This document shows positions 1 to 11,973 of a stretch of DNA of 64,000 nt, piece after piece. Within the stretch, counting starts at the first letter, position 1. The number at the start of each line of letters is the position of its first letter. The notes under the pieces are model-generated. The model was not told the origin of the DNA, searched no databases, and saw only the letters and a list, made by a program, of their open reading frames with translations. Both the position numbers and the translations under genes were made by a program. This DNA is from Sphagnum compactum (lineage: Eukaryota): NCBI GenBank assembly GCA_965153455.1, contig OZ234493.1, positions 4,278,001 through 4,342,000 of the forward strand, read 5' to 3'.

Positions 1-85
1 GTGTCTCATAACCTTCATGAGTGCCACTCATGAAGTATCAGACCATTGCCTTCATGACACATGACAGTGACTAGAAGCCCCAGTG
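1..85 (-). repeat. Intronic structured element, copy X1 (XPO1 intron; truncated by window edge)
   Basis: Reverse complement cactgggg..ctagtcactgtcatgtgtcatgaagg..gtctga..cttcatgagtggcactcatgaaggttatga aligns with 35352-35445. Confidence 0.7.
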
Positions 86-304
86 CATGTCCATATCATA
101 TAATATTCTGGTTAAAACTTAGGCAAACAATTATACCCAAGTCTGCATCCTGGGTTTCAACTGCATTTGTGGAAGCAAAGGGAAGAATGGGTTGAGATAT
201 TGTTAGCACTTCAAAGGCATAGCAAGTACAAACCATAAACAATTACAGCTCTAACGCTACAGGAGAAGGACACACCATGCATTGAGATGATGAATGAAAC
301 TTAC

Positions 305-3300
305 TTGACTGGACAGGGAGAAAAGAGCACGGAAACAATGGCTTGCAATTGCTCGTAGCAAGAAAAAGAATTTCAGTCGATGCTCTGGATAGTCTTCGAA
401 GTTTTTTGTTATCATCTACAAAAAAGTCAAAAGTCAGCAAAATCAGAAGTACCTTCACAACCTACAATGCCCATGTCTAAATGGAATTTAATCGCAGTTC
501 AACAACCTCATCAAATTATGTTTCAGTCTCTCTACTGATGAATTTTACGATCAACACACCTCAAGGGTACATGCAAACACTGCCTCAAAAATTTGTGGTA
601 CATCCTCCAACATAGCTCCCTTCAACCTGCATGACAGTTAGGATAGATCAATCAACAATCCTCCAAGCACCAGGTGGAACATCACATCCCACCATATTTC
701 AAAGTTGAAAGTAGAATGCTCATGAAAAAATGTGGACATGAGGACAAGGTAAACAGACATACTTGTTGATAATGGTTGCAAACAACGACAATACTTCAGA
801 CTCCCGAGCATCAGAAACATTGCGAGCATAGTCACCCAAGATGGGATCCATCATAGCCGGAACAAACTGCTTGGCTATTAGTTCTGTGTCCTCTGCTTTG
901 TCCACAAATGTCTCTATTAACTTCAATGTTTCTCGTTTCACTGACCTGACATTTTCCCAGTGCCAACCACACTCAATACTGTATTGGATTATTTTGGACA
1001 AGATTAAACTGCATACAGATTGTGCATGTACTAGTTTACTTCTTAGAAGAGTGCATTGCCTACTCGCAACAAAAATCACATTAAAACTCCAGATGAGTAA
1101 AGAACCCATGAAAAGTGCAAGACCAGTGAAACCAAGCTTCTCCCAAGTATCACCTCAAAAGCTTAACATAGGAGGTCCGAGATGCATAAGGGCCTCCTTC
1201 AGCAATGCTAGTAGATATGAGCTCGCTGTACATTCTGCACAAAGCCAAACAGGCCAAACACATGACATCCAGACTATGAAGTTGAACAAAGCAAAAGAGG
1301 GAATGAGCAGAAGAAGATTACCTATATACGTTTAGCATGTCCAAGTAGATTAAGGATATTTGTGAGAGGAAGGCCTGCCCAAGGGCACTTGCCACACTTG
1401 TGTTTGTCTGTCAGGAGACAATGGTACCAAAATTAGCTTGAGAGATGAAATACTCTAAAAACTTCACCAATCCATTCCTTTTCTAGCACTAGACCATCAA
1501 AACAAAACCACCAAACTAACATAGCTCATAAAGATATATTAACTATGGAGATGGGACCAGTTGCTCACAGTGCAAATGCCATCCATACCTGTAGTATGTT
1601 TAAAACTGCTCTCACAACTTCTTGGGCCTTTAAAAATTCAACACTCTGGCGAGCCTGACCAATTATTTCTGCCCATCTCTGCAATCGAGCAATCATTGAC
1701 TGTTACAAAACCACCCCAAAAACCAACATAATAGAGATTTGCAAAGGATTTAGGACTGAAGAACTCCAACCTGATTTGGCAATTCCATCAGCTTTTGCAA
1801 GTACTCATCGCGCCTTTGTGGGTCACTTTCTGCTTGAATCATGAACCCCACCTGATGTAGTAACACAAACCCAAGTTATTACCAGTTCCAAGAGGCAAAA
1901 GAGGAATAACTAATGCTGTGAACAGTGAAAGAAAAAAAAAATTTAAGACAGAAGTAATACAGCTTCATAGAATGTGTGGATCTGATGGGCCTCCAGATCC
2001 AGGATGGTTGTTGGCAATCCTTTCAGTAATTCACACACAAATGGCTCTGTTTCTCCAACCTGTTTTGATGATCAATGTCCACAAACTTCAGACTCACAAT
2101 CTCATACATCATACTACCTAGTATTTTGCTGTGTAGAGACATCACTACAAGAAGATGGATAAATATCATCTGGCCATCACGGAATCTTCAGCTGGTATAT
2201 AAAAATAAACCTAACAACCATGCAGAAATGTGTAGGATAGCATATGTTACCTGGAGAATGACAAACTTTCGCCTGCATTTCTGTACAATCTTCAAGAAAG
2301 TATCACATGCCATATCCTGCAAACACCATATGCAAGCTCCACATCACAGACTGCAACTACAAGATGATTATGATGCCAACTGCATAGAGAAGACACAGTT
2401 CCTCTTCATGATCTATGTGCCAAGGCCAACCACCTAACTGAAATCAGAATACTCCAGCTTTAATCCTAGACATTCCTTGAATGAACATACTAACTGCAGC
2501 TGCAGATGGAAAGAAACAAAAAAACACCTGCACACCAGGATGGGTCTCGTGCATAAACTCAAAGAGCTTATTGACAACTGTCTTTAAGAACTTCCAGTGT
2601 GCCCTCAAAAAACGTGGATACTGCCCAACCACATACCTGCAACCACCAACACATTTCAACACCTAATAATTGAGATGTCACTTGCCCATTACACTATGTG
2701 CAGCAGCATTAGTTGTCTTATTTGCTTACCATTTACAATGGCTATACAGTCTGCTAAAGATGTACCAGACATTAGCTAACAGTAGAAATTATAGATCATG
2801 CACAAGCAAACACCTTTGACAACTTCCTTGGTGGAAGGTGAAACTTGTGATATACCCCAACAGTGCCCCAACTGGATGAACCACCCCCTAACATGGTTCA
2901 CTCAATGCCTTGCAACAGTGTCTCATAGGAAGTACATTCAGACAAATGCCATAAACCGGTAGAGTACAAAAGGATAGGTATACATGATGTTGCTGGCAAT
3001 GACAGCCTTGTTATCCTTGCCCTTCGTTATTTCGCACAGATTGAGCAGGTCACGAATGACCGTTACCAAGAACCTATTCTCCTGATCAAGACAAAACCCA
3101 TCCAATCACAACAATTGAATCATTAATCTCAAATAACCAATCCCGAAGGTAAGAAATTCAGAAAGCAGCAGTCTAAAATTTGATCCAGTGAAACCTCCTG
3201 CACATGCAGGAGGTTGAATGTGAAGGTGGCTAGGCCAAGAAGACATAATGTCACAAAAGTAGTATGTATGTAAAGATATTAAGCAGAATTGTACCTGCTC

Positions 3301-6300
3301 CTCAACCATTGATCCTGAAATGGACCCAATTGCCCAGCAAAGAGTGTTCAGATTGTTCCAAGCCCACTCCTCCCCATTCAACTGTTTGTTCAGCTTCTTC
3401 AACATCTGATATAAGCAGGGATCAAACCAAGCAAATCATCTGAATCAAAGTTCAATGTAAAGATTTTCTTGTCTGCTCTTCTTTGGCCCAATGTAAAACA
3501 ACACCTTCATTCAACTTCCTTCACAAAAATCACCTAAATAAAGACAATGCCTCAAAAGCTGTGATCAATCTGAGGGAAAAAGATAGTCCCTAACTAATCA
3601 GACCCAGTAGGCTCCCAAAACAAAATACCTGCTGCTCAGTGTCCTCATGATCAAGATGGGACAAATAAATCAGTGTCTCTCTCATTATCTGCATAGCTCC
3701 ACCAGCAGTTGTTTGTGTGAAGGATAATCACAGAGAAAAACATATCTACGAGAATGCAGAGAATTTTCCACAACGCTTGAAGATAACATGAGAATGAGAG
3801 TGGTCATAACCTTGTGCGAGTCACTCACAAAGTGTCAGACTATACCCTTCATCATGAATAGCAGTGACAAGCTCCCATGACTGCCCACTGACTTAGTTAG
3901 CTCCTGGCAATGGGTGTTGTACAACAACATACCCACCACTTCTGGCAATATTCAAAGAGGGAACATCTACATGTTGACATATTCAGCATAGACAACATCT
4001 GAGGCACATGCAGTCACCTTGTATTGAATAAGGACATCATTATCCTTCATAGTTTCACGCACAATGTTGCCATTCTCATCTTCTACAATCAAAACCTCCT
4101 CAGGTTTTGCCATGCGGCTGATCATCAGTAACCGTAATTTTGACAGAGGCCCTGAATATAGCAGCTTGCGATGGGAAAGCTCTGACCCCAAACCATCTCC
4201 CATTCCTCCTATTCCTATCTGCACCTCCAGGCTTACCTCCTGTAAGTGACTCAGGCCGAAAAATCCACCTTGAGAAGAGACAGACAAGTGAAAAAACAAA
4301 ATTACCTAGCTCACAATGTAGGGGAATCTCAAGTGAGAGTTCAGCAAAGAAAGTAAACCAACATCAATGTCGGAACAAAAGATGTAAGTACAAGAAGCAC
4401 AAAGCCAAGGGTCTGTGGACTTTTGCAAACAACTCTACAAACTACACCAGCCAATTTGAACCAACACAACATAATAATGATGTTGTGGTCACTAACCGCA
4501 ATGGCCAGAAAGTAGGACAGAAAACTTTGAAACAGCTATTTACCTGAAGTCCCAATGGAGCCAAAGCAGGGGCTGCCTCCATGTTGCACTCTGACTGGAA
4601 GAGATCACAAACCAGAGAATTCCAGTAGTCCAAGCAAACCTGGAGAAACCATAACCTGATTTAGAACAACAATAGGATAAGCAAGCCAGCAATATTCCTA
4701 TGATGAAACATCCTATGATACTGACTTCCAGAATGAGGAAAGGAGAAAATTATATCTTTGATCATCCTCAACATAAGATTAGCTCCCACTAGTACCAGTA
4801 AGATCATCATTCTTGAACACTACAGAATCCTCAACATATGAGATATCAGCCACAACATAACTTAAGTTCCATTAGTACCAGAAAGATCACCATCTCATAC
4901 CTTGAATACCTCAGTGTCCTCAACATATGAGATCCCTATCAGATACTCAAGCCCCATCAGTAGGATTGCCTGGTTCTCTTGAGTTGTCTCCAATACACTT
5001 ATGTGCGACTGCCATGGAAACAGATAGTTACCAACAGGGAGGTGGGAAGGAAGGCAAGAGGTCAAACCAATCTTCAAGATATAGCTTTTCCACCACTTAC
5101 ATGCACACACCTTGAACAAATAGACATTGAAGGAACGATAATCATGCATTGGTGGAAATTGGAGGTGAGTCTACATACCTTATAGAATGATGTGAAGAAC
5201 ATCGCAAGATTTTGAATGAAGAACTGCAAGGGAGCAACAAATGAGAACTTGAAATGCATATGCAAAACCATCTTATTTTAGAGAGTGCCAGAGCTTGCAC
5301 TTGTACCAAATTCAATGTGTGCATCTGACATAAAGGAAAAAAGATGTCATACCTGGTCCTCATCTGAACCACTTGCATAGGCCTTTGATACATCTGTACC
5401 AGGTGGCAGAATAGTCTGCACAACCATTTCAAAACAACACTCTTCACTGACATGCCACATATGCTCAAACATCCGCAAGCGGAAAAATTTATGTTTAGCA
5501 AGTTTGCAGAGACTTGTGAGTTTCTATTGTGATTCAAGAGACCTCTTTTCCTCTCCATTAGGAACTTCAACTCAAAAAGCCTGATAGAAAGGCCTAGATG
5601 AACTAAATTGATAACCCTACGCTGTTATGTCGGGACTCCTATCCATCTCACACTAAACCCCTCAAGCACACCTAGATGTAAAACCAATAGAGTACCTGCA
5701 GCTGCACCATGAAGATGGTGTGAAGCTTCACAAACTGGGCATCATAAAAATCCCCAAAACTGAGCACTGCCACCTGTACCAGTCAAAACTCAGATTTGCA
5801 CCACCCAAAGAAAGGCAGCCATAAGGTATTCCATGCACACAAACTATGAAGGGGTAAGTAAAAACAAAGGATGAACCCAATGAAAGAGTAAAATAAGTAC
5901 TTCTAAAAGCACTCCAAAATTACCTCCGTAAGGCACTGAAGAGACAAATTTCTGTAGCTTGCCACAGGGAAAAGCTTCAATAAGGTCTCTAGCTGCACAA
6001 CAGATGGACAGATGGATGTCAGATAAAGCTCCATCAAAGCTCCAACACATGGTCCAGATTTTCTATTACCGTGCACATACTAAAAGTTAGTTTGAATGGA
6101 AAGAAAACCACTCCTATATGAGTCAATGACATCAAATATTCCTGGAAAAGTGGTCATGCCTTTGGAGCCTGCATAGAAAGAGACTTGGTGGAAGAACAAA
6201 TAGTTACCAGTGGTGATTCAAAAATGTAGCCAAGAGGGATCCAAGATAAAAAAGCATGTAAAGTGGACAGGGTGGCTCGAATCAGTTCAGGGCGCTGGGA

Positions 6301-9243
6301 AATGGAAAGAACATACTGGCAAAGCTCATGTACAAGCTGGAATTCACTGCAGCAGCCCACCCATAACCATTTGTCTTTTATTATCCACTCATTAATATAC
6401 ATACCCAGCCCCTCTGTGAGTTGACTACTTGTTGGCATTTGACTGTCTCCATAACGACCCATGACCCATCTCTAGGAGAGACTTAATTGAGAACTTCTGA
6501 CAACATATTACCATCAGTGAACAATCTCCAAGGAATAAAGATTACACTCATCAGAGTTTTTACATAAAAGCAGAAGAACTAAACAATTTGAACACTAGCT
6601 GGAGCTGGCACAACTGAGAACCTAACCCTACACTGTAGGCATCCCCTGGTTTTAGAGCCGATCTCTGTGGCACCCATTATCTTTGGAGGTCACCCATCCC
6701 AAGATCATGTTCAACCTAGGATCTTGACCTTGGAGTTCATATGGAATCCTATGTTTCGCTAGGCTGCACCCACAAGCGGGCATATTTCACTGATACTGGA
6801 GAGAAGGGTTGGCATCTGCACCTGTTTAAAGAATTCTTCAACTCTTTGATCTTATTTTGAGTCATCTCACCCCGCGAGAAGTCAAATACTTCCTCACTAA
6901 GAAGCTGCCATCACACAACTGTCTAGTAAACTAATGTGTCCTCATTATCAATTCCAAAAGCAATCCACTAGAAATCTTGCAACTTCAAAGAAATGTATAC
7001 TGCATACTGCAAAAGTGATTCTACCTACAGGTAATCAAAGACAATGGAAAAATGTTGAAGACATACCTTGAGAATGACCATGCAATTTTCACATAAAGTC
7101 TCACTACTTTTGGCAGCTGAAACAAGATCAGGTATAAACCTGGGCCATCGAGCAGGCCATTCATGCTTGAGAACCTATACACAGTCCTTGTTTGACATTA
7201 GCAAAGTACACAAAGAATATGATATCCATATAAACCCCTCCTGAGTGTATGCGAACAAATGGTGTCTTCTTCTTGAAAGCTATTAACCTACATGCACAAG
7301 CAATGCTCCAGGATACATCCCAATATGAATTTCCTGTAGGAAACTAGCTCTAAATGGTATCCAATCCACATTCCCTGCGTCTTTGTAGAGAAGGAATTTG
7401 ACCACAAAAATCTGACAGACCCACAATACATTCCTTTCTGGGCCAAAAAAACTAATGATTCCTATTCTGCCTATCAATAGTTTGCACATTACTAGAGGGA
7501 GGAGCCACTTGCCTGCACCAGAATAATGTTCAACTTGTTCACATAAAGCCGCTCAGTCCGAAATGACACTTCATTGCTTGAAAGCTGTAAATCATCAGTT
7601 CAGAATAAGAGCTGATTAGAAAGACTTGATAGGGACGGTCAAAGCAATCAACAAAGACACCTGACTACATGCAGATAGAAGGATGGACAACAGAAACGCT
7701 CTAGACTAATAATGCACAATAGATAAGATGCACTTTTGTTCAAGGCATTATACAGATGTTGCAAAAGCTGACCTGCACAATAAGATCTGAGATGTAGTTT
7801 TTTATGCCATCGCGTTGCTCAACAGGCAATGCATTCCATCGGTACTTTATCACTCCTTCCAGTACCTGTATAGATAACATCAAGAGCCAGACTGCTAAGG
7901 AAAATGCCAGGGCTGGACCAAAAACAGTTTGACAGTGTAACAGTTTGGAACAGTCTACGGTTTGAAGTGAATGCATCTCCAGCTTCGGTGGCAAATTCCA
8001 CACCTAATAGTCAATCCTTACCCTCAGAGCATAGAACTTTGAATTCAGATTCTGAGAATTTTGAAGAACAGCAACCACCCGTGTCCATGTATCAGGATGC
8101 TCTTGGAGCTGCCTCAAAACTCTTTCTGCTGCAGCCCTCTGCAAGTCAAAATAATCCACACCGATACATTAGGTCTGTTTCCATGTGGATGTTCTTGTGC
8201 TTCAGAATCTCTATACAACAACAATTGCAGTCTCATGGGGGCATGAGGCCACAGCAACGTTGAAGAATCAGCACAAGGGCTTTCACAGGTTCCCTTAGCA
8301 AATAAGGGCATTGCTAAACCCTTGCCTAACTTATGCCCCTCAGTGGATTAAGAATGAGTACAAAGAACGCTGAAGGTGAGCAACCCAAAAAAATCCCCGA
8401 GCTTGCCCAAAAATGAGGGTGGAAACGTGAGTTCATCAGCCTCAGCTTCTACAAGTCAGTTGCAGAGGTCGAACGAAATATCACAACCTTCGAGATGATG
8501 TAAAGATCAAGAATGAGCAGTTGGACAAGCTGTCCGGCTTGACAACAATAGAGGTTAACAGCTGCGAACCAAGGCCACTTTGAGGACCTTTAGGGTGATA
8601 AGAAACCTCAAGAAGAATGACATGGTGAGACGAGCTTCAATCGCCATTGACTCGAGCAAGGTTGCCAAAGCCAACCAAGTAATTGAAGGCCAAAGATTCA
8701 ATAGACCCAATAAAGAATGAAATAAATTTCGAAGAAGGGGCGACGAGACGTCTATCGCAAGGCCAAACAAATCTGGTAAGGCCAAAGGTGGGAAGTCCCT
8801 GAAGACAAGCCGAGAAAAGGGAAATAGTGCGACAGATCGAGAAGAGTCTTAATAGTGAGCTCTCCTGATGGGGCTCTCCCCATGCTCGGTGGCTCGAACG
8901 ACAAAACTCTGCCACCGAGTTCCAAAAATCTCTACCAGTTCCTACGTCTTGAGAATTGCACAATGTAGCAACGTCGGACCGAGGAGCATCCAGCAATCTT
9001 TGCAAGCTCGAAAAAAAGAAGAAAAAGGGACGGAGAAACCTGTTAAAAATGGGTGGCCTAATCTTCCTAAATGCAATCATGTCTCCAAGAACGCTACTCA
9101 AGCCACAAATTCTTCTAGAACCCTTCTAGGTTGGCATATTGAAGAACCTCATGTTTGGAGCCAGTGCCGTAAAATGCCGCTACTGTGGCATCGAGAAGGC
9201 CGACGTCGAACGGCTGAGTGAAATCCAGCAGCTTCTCCGCCAT
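305..9243 (-). CDS. XPO1: Exportin-1/CRM1 nuclear export receptor; 27 exons (~870 aa) in the window, 3' end beyond position 1
   Basis: Exons 9243-9148, 8138-8022, 7865-7773, 7584-7513, 7174-7067, 6904-6822, 6346-6208, 5992-5924, 5773-5696, 5415-5353, 5223-5179, 5008-4901, 4639-4544, 4218-4018, 3688-3629, 3405-3295, 3081-2984, 2636-2528, 2316-2251, 2059-1961, 1851-1771, 1678-1589, 1407-1322, 1234-1154, 945-763, 626-560, 415-305 join in frame. Motifs [89 protein letters not shown] second in-frame ATG lies at 9258. Confidence 0.97.
3791..3915 (-). repeat. Intronic structured element, copy X2 (XPO1 intron 14)
   Basis: Reverse complement aligns colinearly (one gap, roughly 70% identity by eye) with 35327-35452. 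Confidence 0.8.
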
Positions 9244-9711
9244 TGCTGTCTCTCTCATAACACTTCTTTTTCGGCTGTCTTCACCCCCGCCACAAAAATA
9301 TCTCAAAAAACTGAACCCGCACCCCCCCCAAAAAAAAAAAAAACGCCTTAGAAGGATTTGAACACAAGCAAGCCCTCCTTTCCCCCCACCCTTCGACACT
9401 TAATTTTGCTACCAAACAATCAAACCCATGTTCAGAAAACAATCAAAACGACAACTCCTCTCCTCTCCTCCCCTCCCTCCACTACTCGTTTTCTTTTCTT
9501 CCAAGCTATTATTATTCCTGACAATGCTCGAACTCCCAAACTTACAAGAATGATTTCTTCTACTAGTTGAACTCAAAACTTCGGGCACCCAAAACTCGTG
9601 CTTACTAGCAAACGACGACAACGACGACGACGACGAAAAACAGAGCAGCACAAAAGCTGTTATGCGTAAATCCTTCTACATACCACGGATGCTGCTTCGC
9701 GTGGTCTTCTC

Positions 9712-9739
9712 TAGAGAGAGAGAGAGAGAGAGAGAGAGG
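9712..9739. repeat. (GA)n microsatellite in XPO1 5' leader/promoter
   Basis: agagagag run of about 14 units. Confidence 0.9.
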
Positions 9740-10339
9740 AGCGACGAAGGCGGAGGAAAAACGACTTGTACAGACCAGCAGCAAAATGCACAGGGACCGG
9801 ACGATTTCCAATACTGAAATGGTATGTAAGCGGATCTGGAACGTGGGAATTAAGATCCAACGGTTGAAAAGGTCGCGGACTTACTACGCAACTTTTCGCG
9901 GTCAGGTCGTACAGGGTCACCGAACGAACGAACGAACGAACCCATAAAATCACAAAATGTTGCCAACAAGGTTTTACTTGTATATAATGGCAGTCGGGGA
10001 GGAGGCGAGGCCCCTTTCCTTGGCCTTTCGTCGGAACGAACAACTGGCTCTCTGCCCAGCTGGGAAGAAGAAGGACGGACCCAGTGTTGTTGTTGTTGTT
10101 GTGCTGCTGCGGGTATCTATCGGTTTTGAAGACAACCTCCGGTGGTCCCAGGTCTCATATCTATTTTTTATTTGATTATTTATTTATTTATCTATTTTTA
10201 AAATTATTTATCCTTCCAGGTAAGTTTCTGACTATTTAAAATGAATATTCCACAACCTCCAGATCCAATTCAATTTACTTTCCTCTGCTCAAGATGGTTC
10301 TCAACTAAAAAGAAATTAATTAATTAATAAATAAAGGAA

Positions 10340-10770
10340 AAACACTCACCATGAACACAAGAACAACAAGAGTAGAAAAAAAAAGAAAGGATCACAGTGC
10401 AAACTCCCAACATGACACAAGAACAACAAGAGATAGAAAAAAAAAGAAAGGATCAAAGTGCAAACACCCAACATGACACAAGAACAACAAGAGTAGAAAA
10501 AAAAAAGAAAGGATCAAAGTCCAAACACCCGACATGACACAAGAACAACAAGAGTAGAAAAACAAAGAAAGGATCCAAGTCCAAACACCCGACATGACAC
10601 ATGAAGAAGAAGAGTAGAAAAAAAGAGAAAGGATCCAAGTTCAAACACTCAACATGACACGAGGACAACAAGAGTAGGAAAAAAAAAAAAAGCTTCAAAG
10701 TCCAAACACCTAACATGGCACAAGAACAACAAGAGTAGAAAAAAAAGAAAAAGGATCAAAGTCCAAACAA
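10340..10770. repeat. Minisatellite, ~61-bp unit x7
   Basis: catgacacaagaacaacaagagtagaaaaaaaaagaaaggatcaaagtccaaacacc recurs near 10350, 10411, 10472, 10533, 10593, 10653, 10714. Confidence 0.95.
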
Positions 10771-11819
10771 AAGATCACACCCCCAAGGGTTTAGGGATTT
10801 TGAAGTGGATGTGGATTCAAATGTGGTTCAAGTTTTAGTGTTACACAATTCCCTAGAAAAAATTTGCTAATTTGATTCAATTTATTGACATGGATTCTTT
10901 TATCCAACTTTCCTATGCATCGCATACAACATCATCCTATAATTTACATAAAGATAGTAACAAATTAAAAGTTCCCTCTCCCCTCTTTAGATGGGTGTTT
11001 GTTCATAAATTAAGTTTGGTAGGGTTTGATCAATTGAATTACATGTTTTGAAACAAATGACATTTATGTAAATTGTCACATTTTGTAGTAGTTTACAAAC
11101 CATGCACAAGTATGTTTCTAACTTGAATTTAAAAATGAGGAAGAAATTCTAAGTTATAAGCTCAAAGTCTAACATGTCATGATAATCCCTAAGCTCAAGG
11201 TTTAACATTCTATGATCATCATTCTTATCATCTTTAGAAATCACCTTTTTAATTCAAGGTTGTAATTGAATGTGTTTTCATTTTTGCAAAATATTCTTTA
11301 GAGAGAGGATTTCCAAGTGCAATGGACTATGGACACACAAGAAATTCAACCAACAAACTTGCATAAATAACCAAAACCCAAAACAAATATCAAGTTTTAC
11401 AATTTCCACACAATATTTTAGTAAACTTCAACAATCTCATTGAAACATCCAATGCCCAAGAAAATACTAAATTTTTAACTATCAACTTCAAAGGTTCTAA
11501 ACATCAACACCCATCAATTGCTCCACATGACAAAATAAAAACATAAACTTTATACATGCCCATGATGAAATTAAAAGAACACAAACTAACCCCAAATAAC
11601 AAAATCAAATTTTCAAACTCACATGCACATTGGTAGCAATGGTTGAATTTTTTAACTCAATTTTACCAAGATTTGTAAAACATGGAAACAAATTTTCAAC
11701 AAACTTAAACTTGTTACACATGACATAATCAAAAAATGCAATTTGACCATGATTAAACAACTTTTAAAAACACAAACTTACCAAGAGTGACATAATTTTA
11801 AAATTTTTAACTTATTATA

Positions 11820-11973
11820 CACTACTACAAAATGTGGATGCAGTTCACTAGTCCCCGTTCACTAGATCAGTGAATTCATTGTTTCTTTACTGGTCACCGT
11901 TCACTACAACCAGTGAATTCACTCAAAATCCAGCGAAATCACTTGGCGTACAAGGACACCTTTTGTTGTAGTG
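11820..11973. mobile_element. 154-bp non-autonomous CACTA (En/Spm) element
   Basis: TIRs cactactacaaaatgtg / caccttttgttgtagtg (15/17 match); 3-bp TSD ATA at 11817-11819 and 11974-11976; internal ttcact/agtgaa repeats in both orientations. Confidence 0.88.

Noticed and set aside
841-1335. 164-aa plus-strand ORF and similar antisense ORFs over genes
   Set aside because: Shadow ORFs opposite real exons
4219-4245. Apparent 3-nt microexon (cag GAG gtaag) before XPO1 exon 14
   Set aside because: The following intron would be only 18 nt, and the acceptor at 4219 already gives normal protein spacing
8340-9101. ORFs of 76-154 aa and a TGATGA...CTGA pair in XPO1 intron 1
   Set aside because: No recognisable protein motif; the box pair has no terminal stem or identifiable guide
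10392-10716. Hydrophobic ORFs resembling membrane peptides
   Set aside because: They are translations of the 61-bp minisatellite
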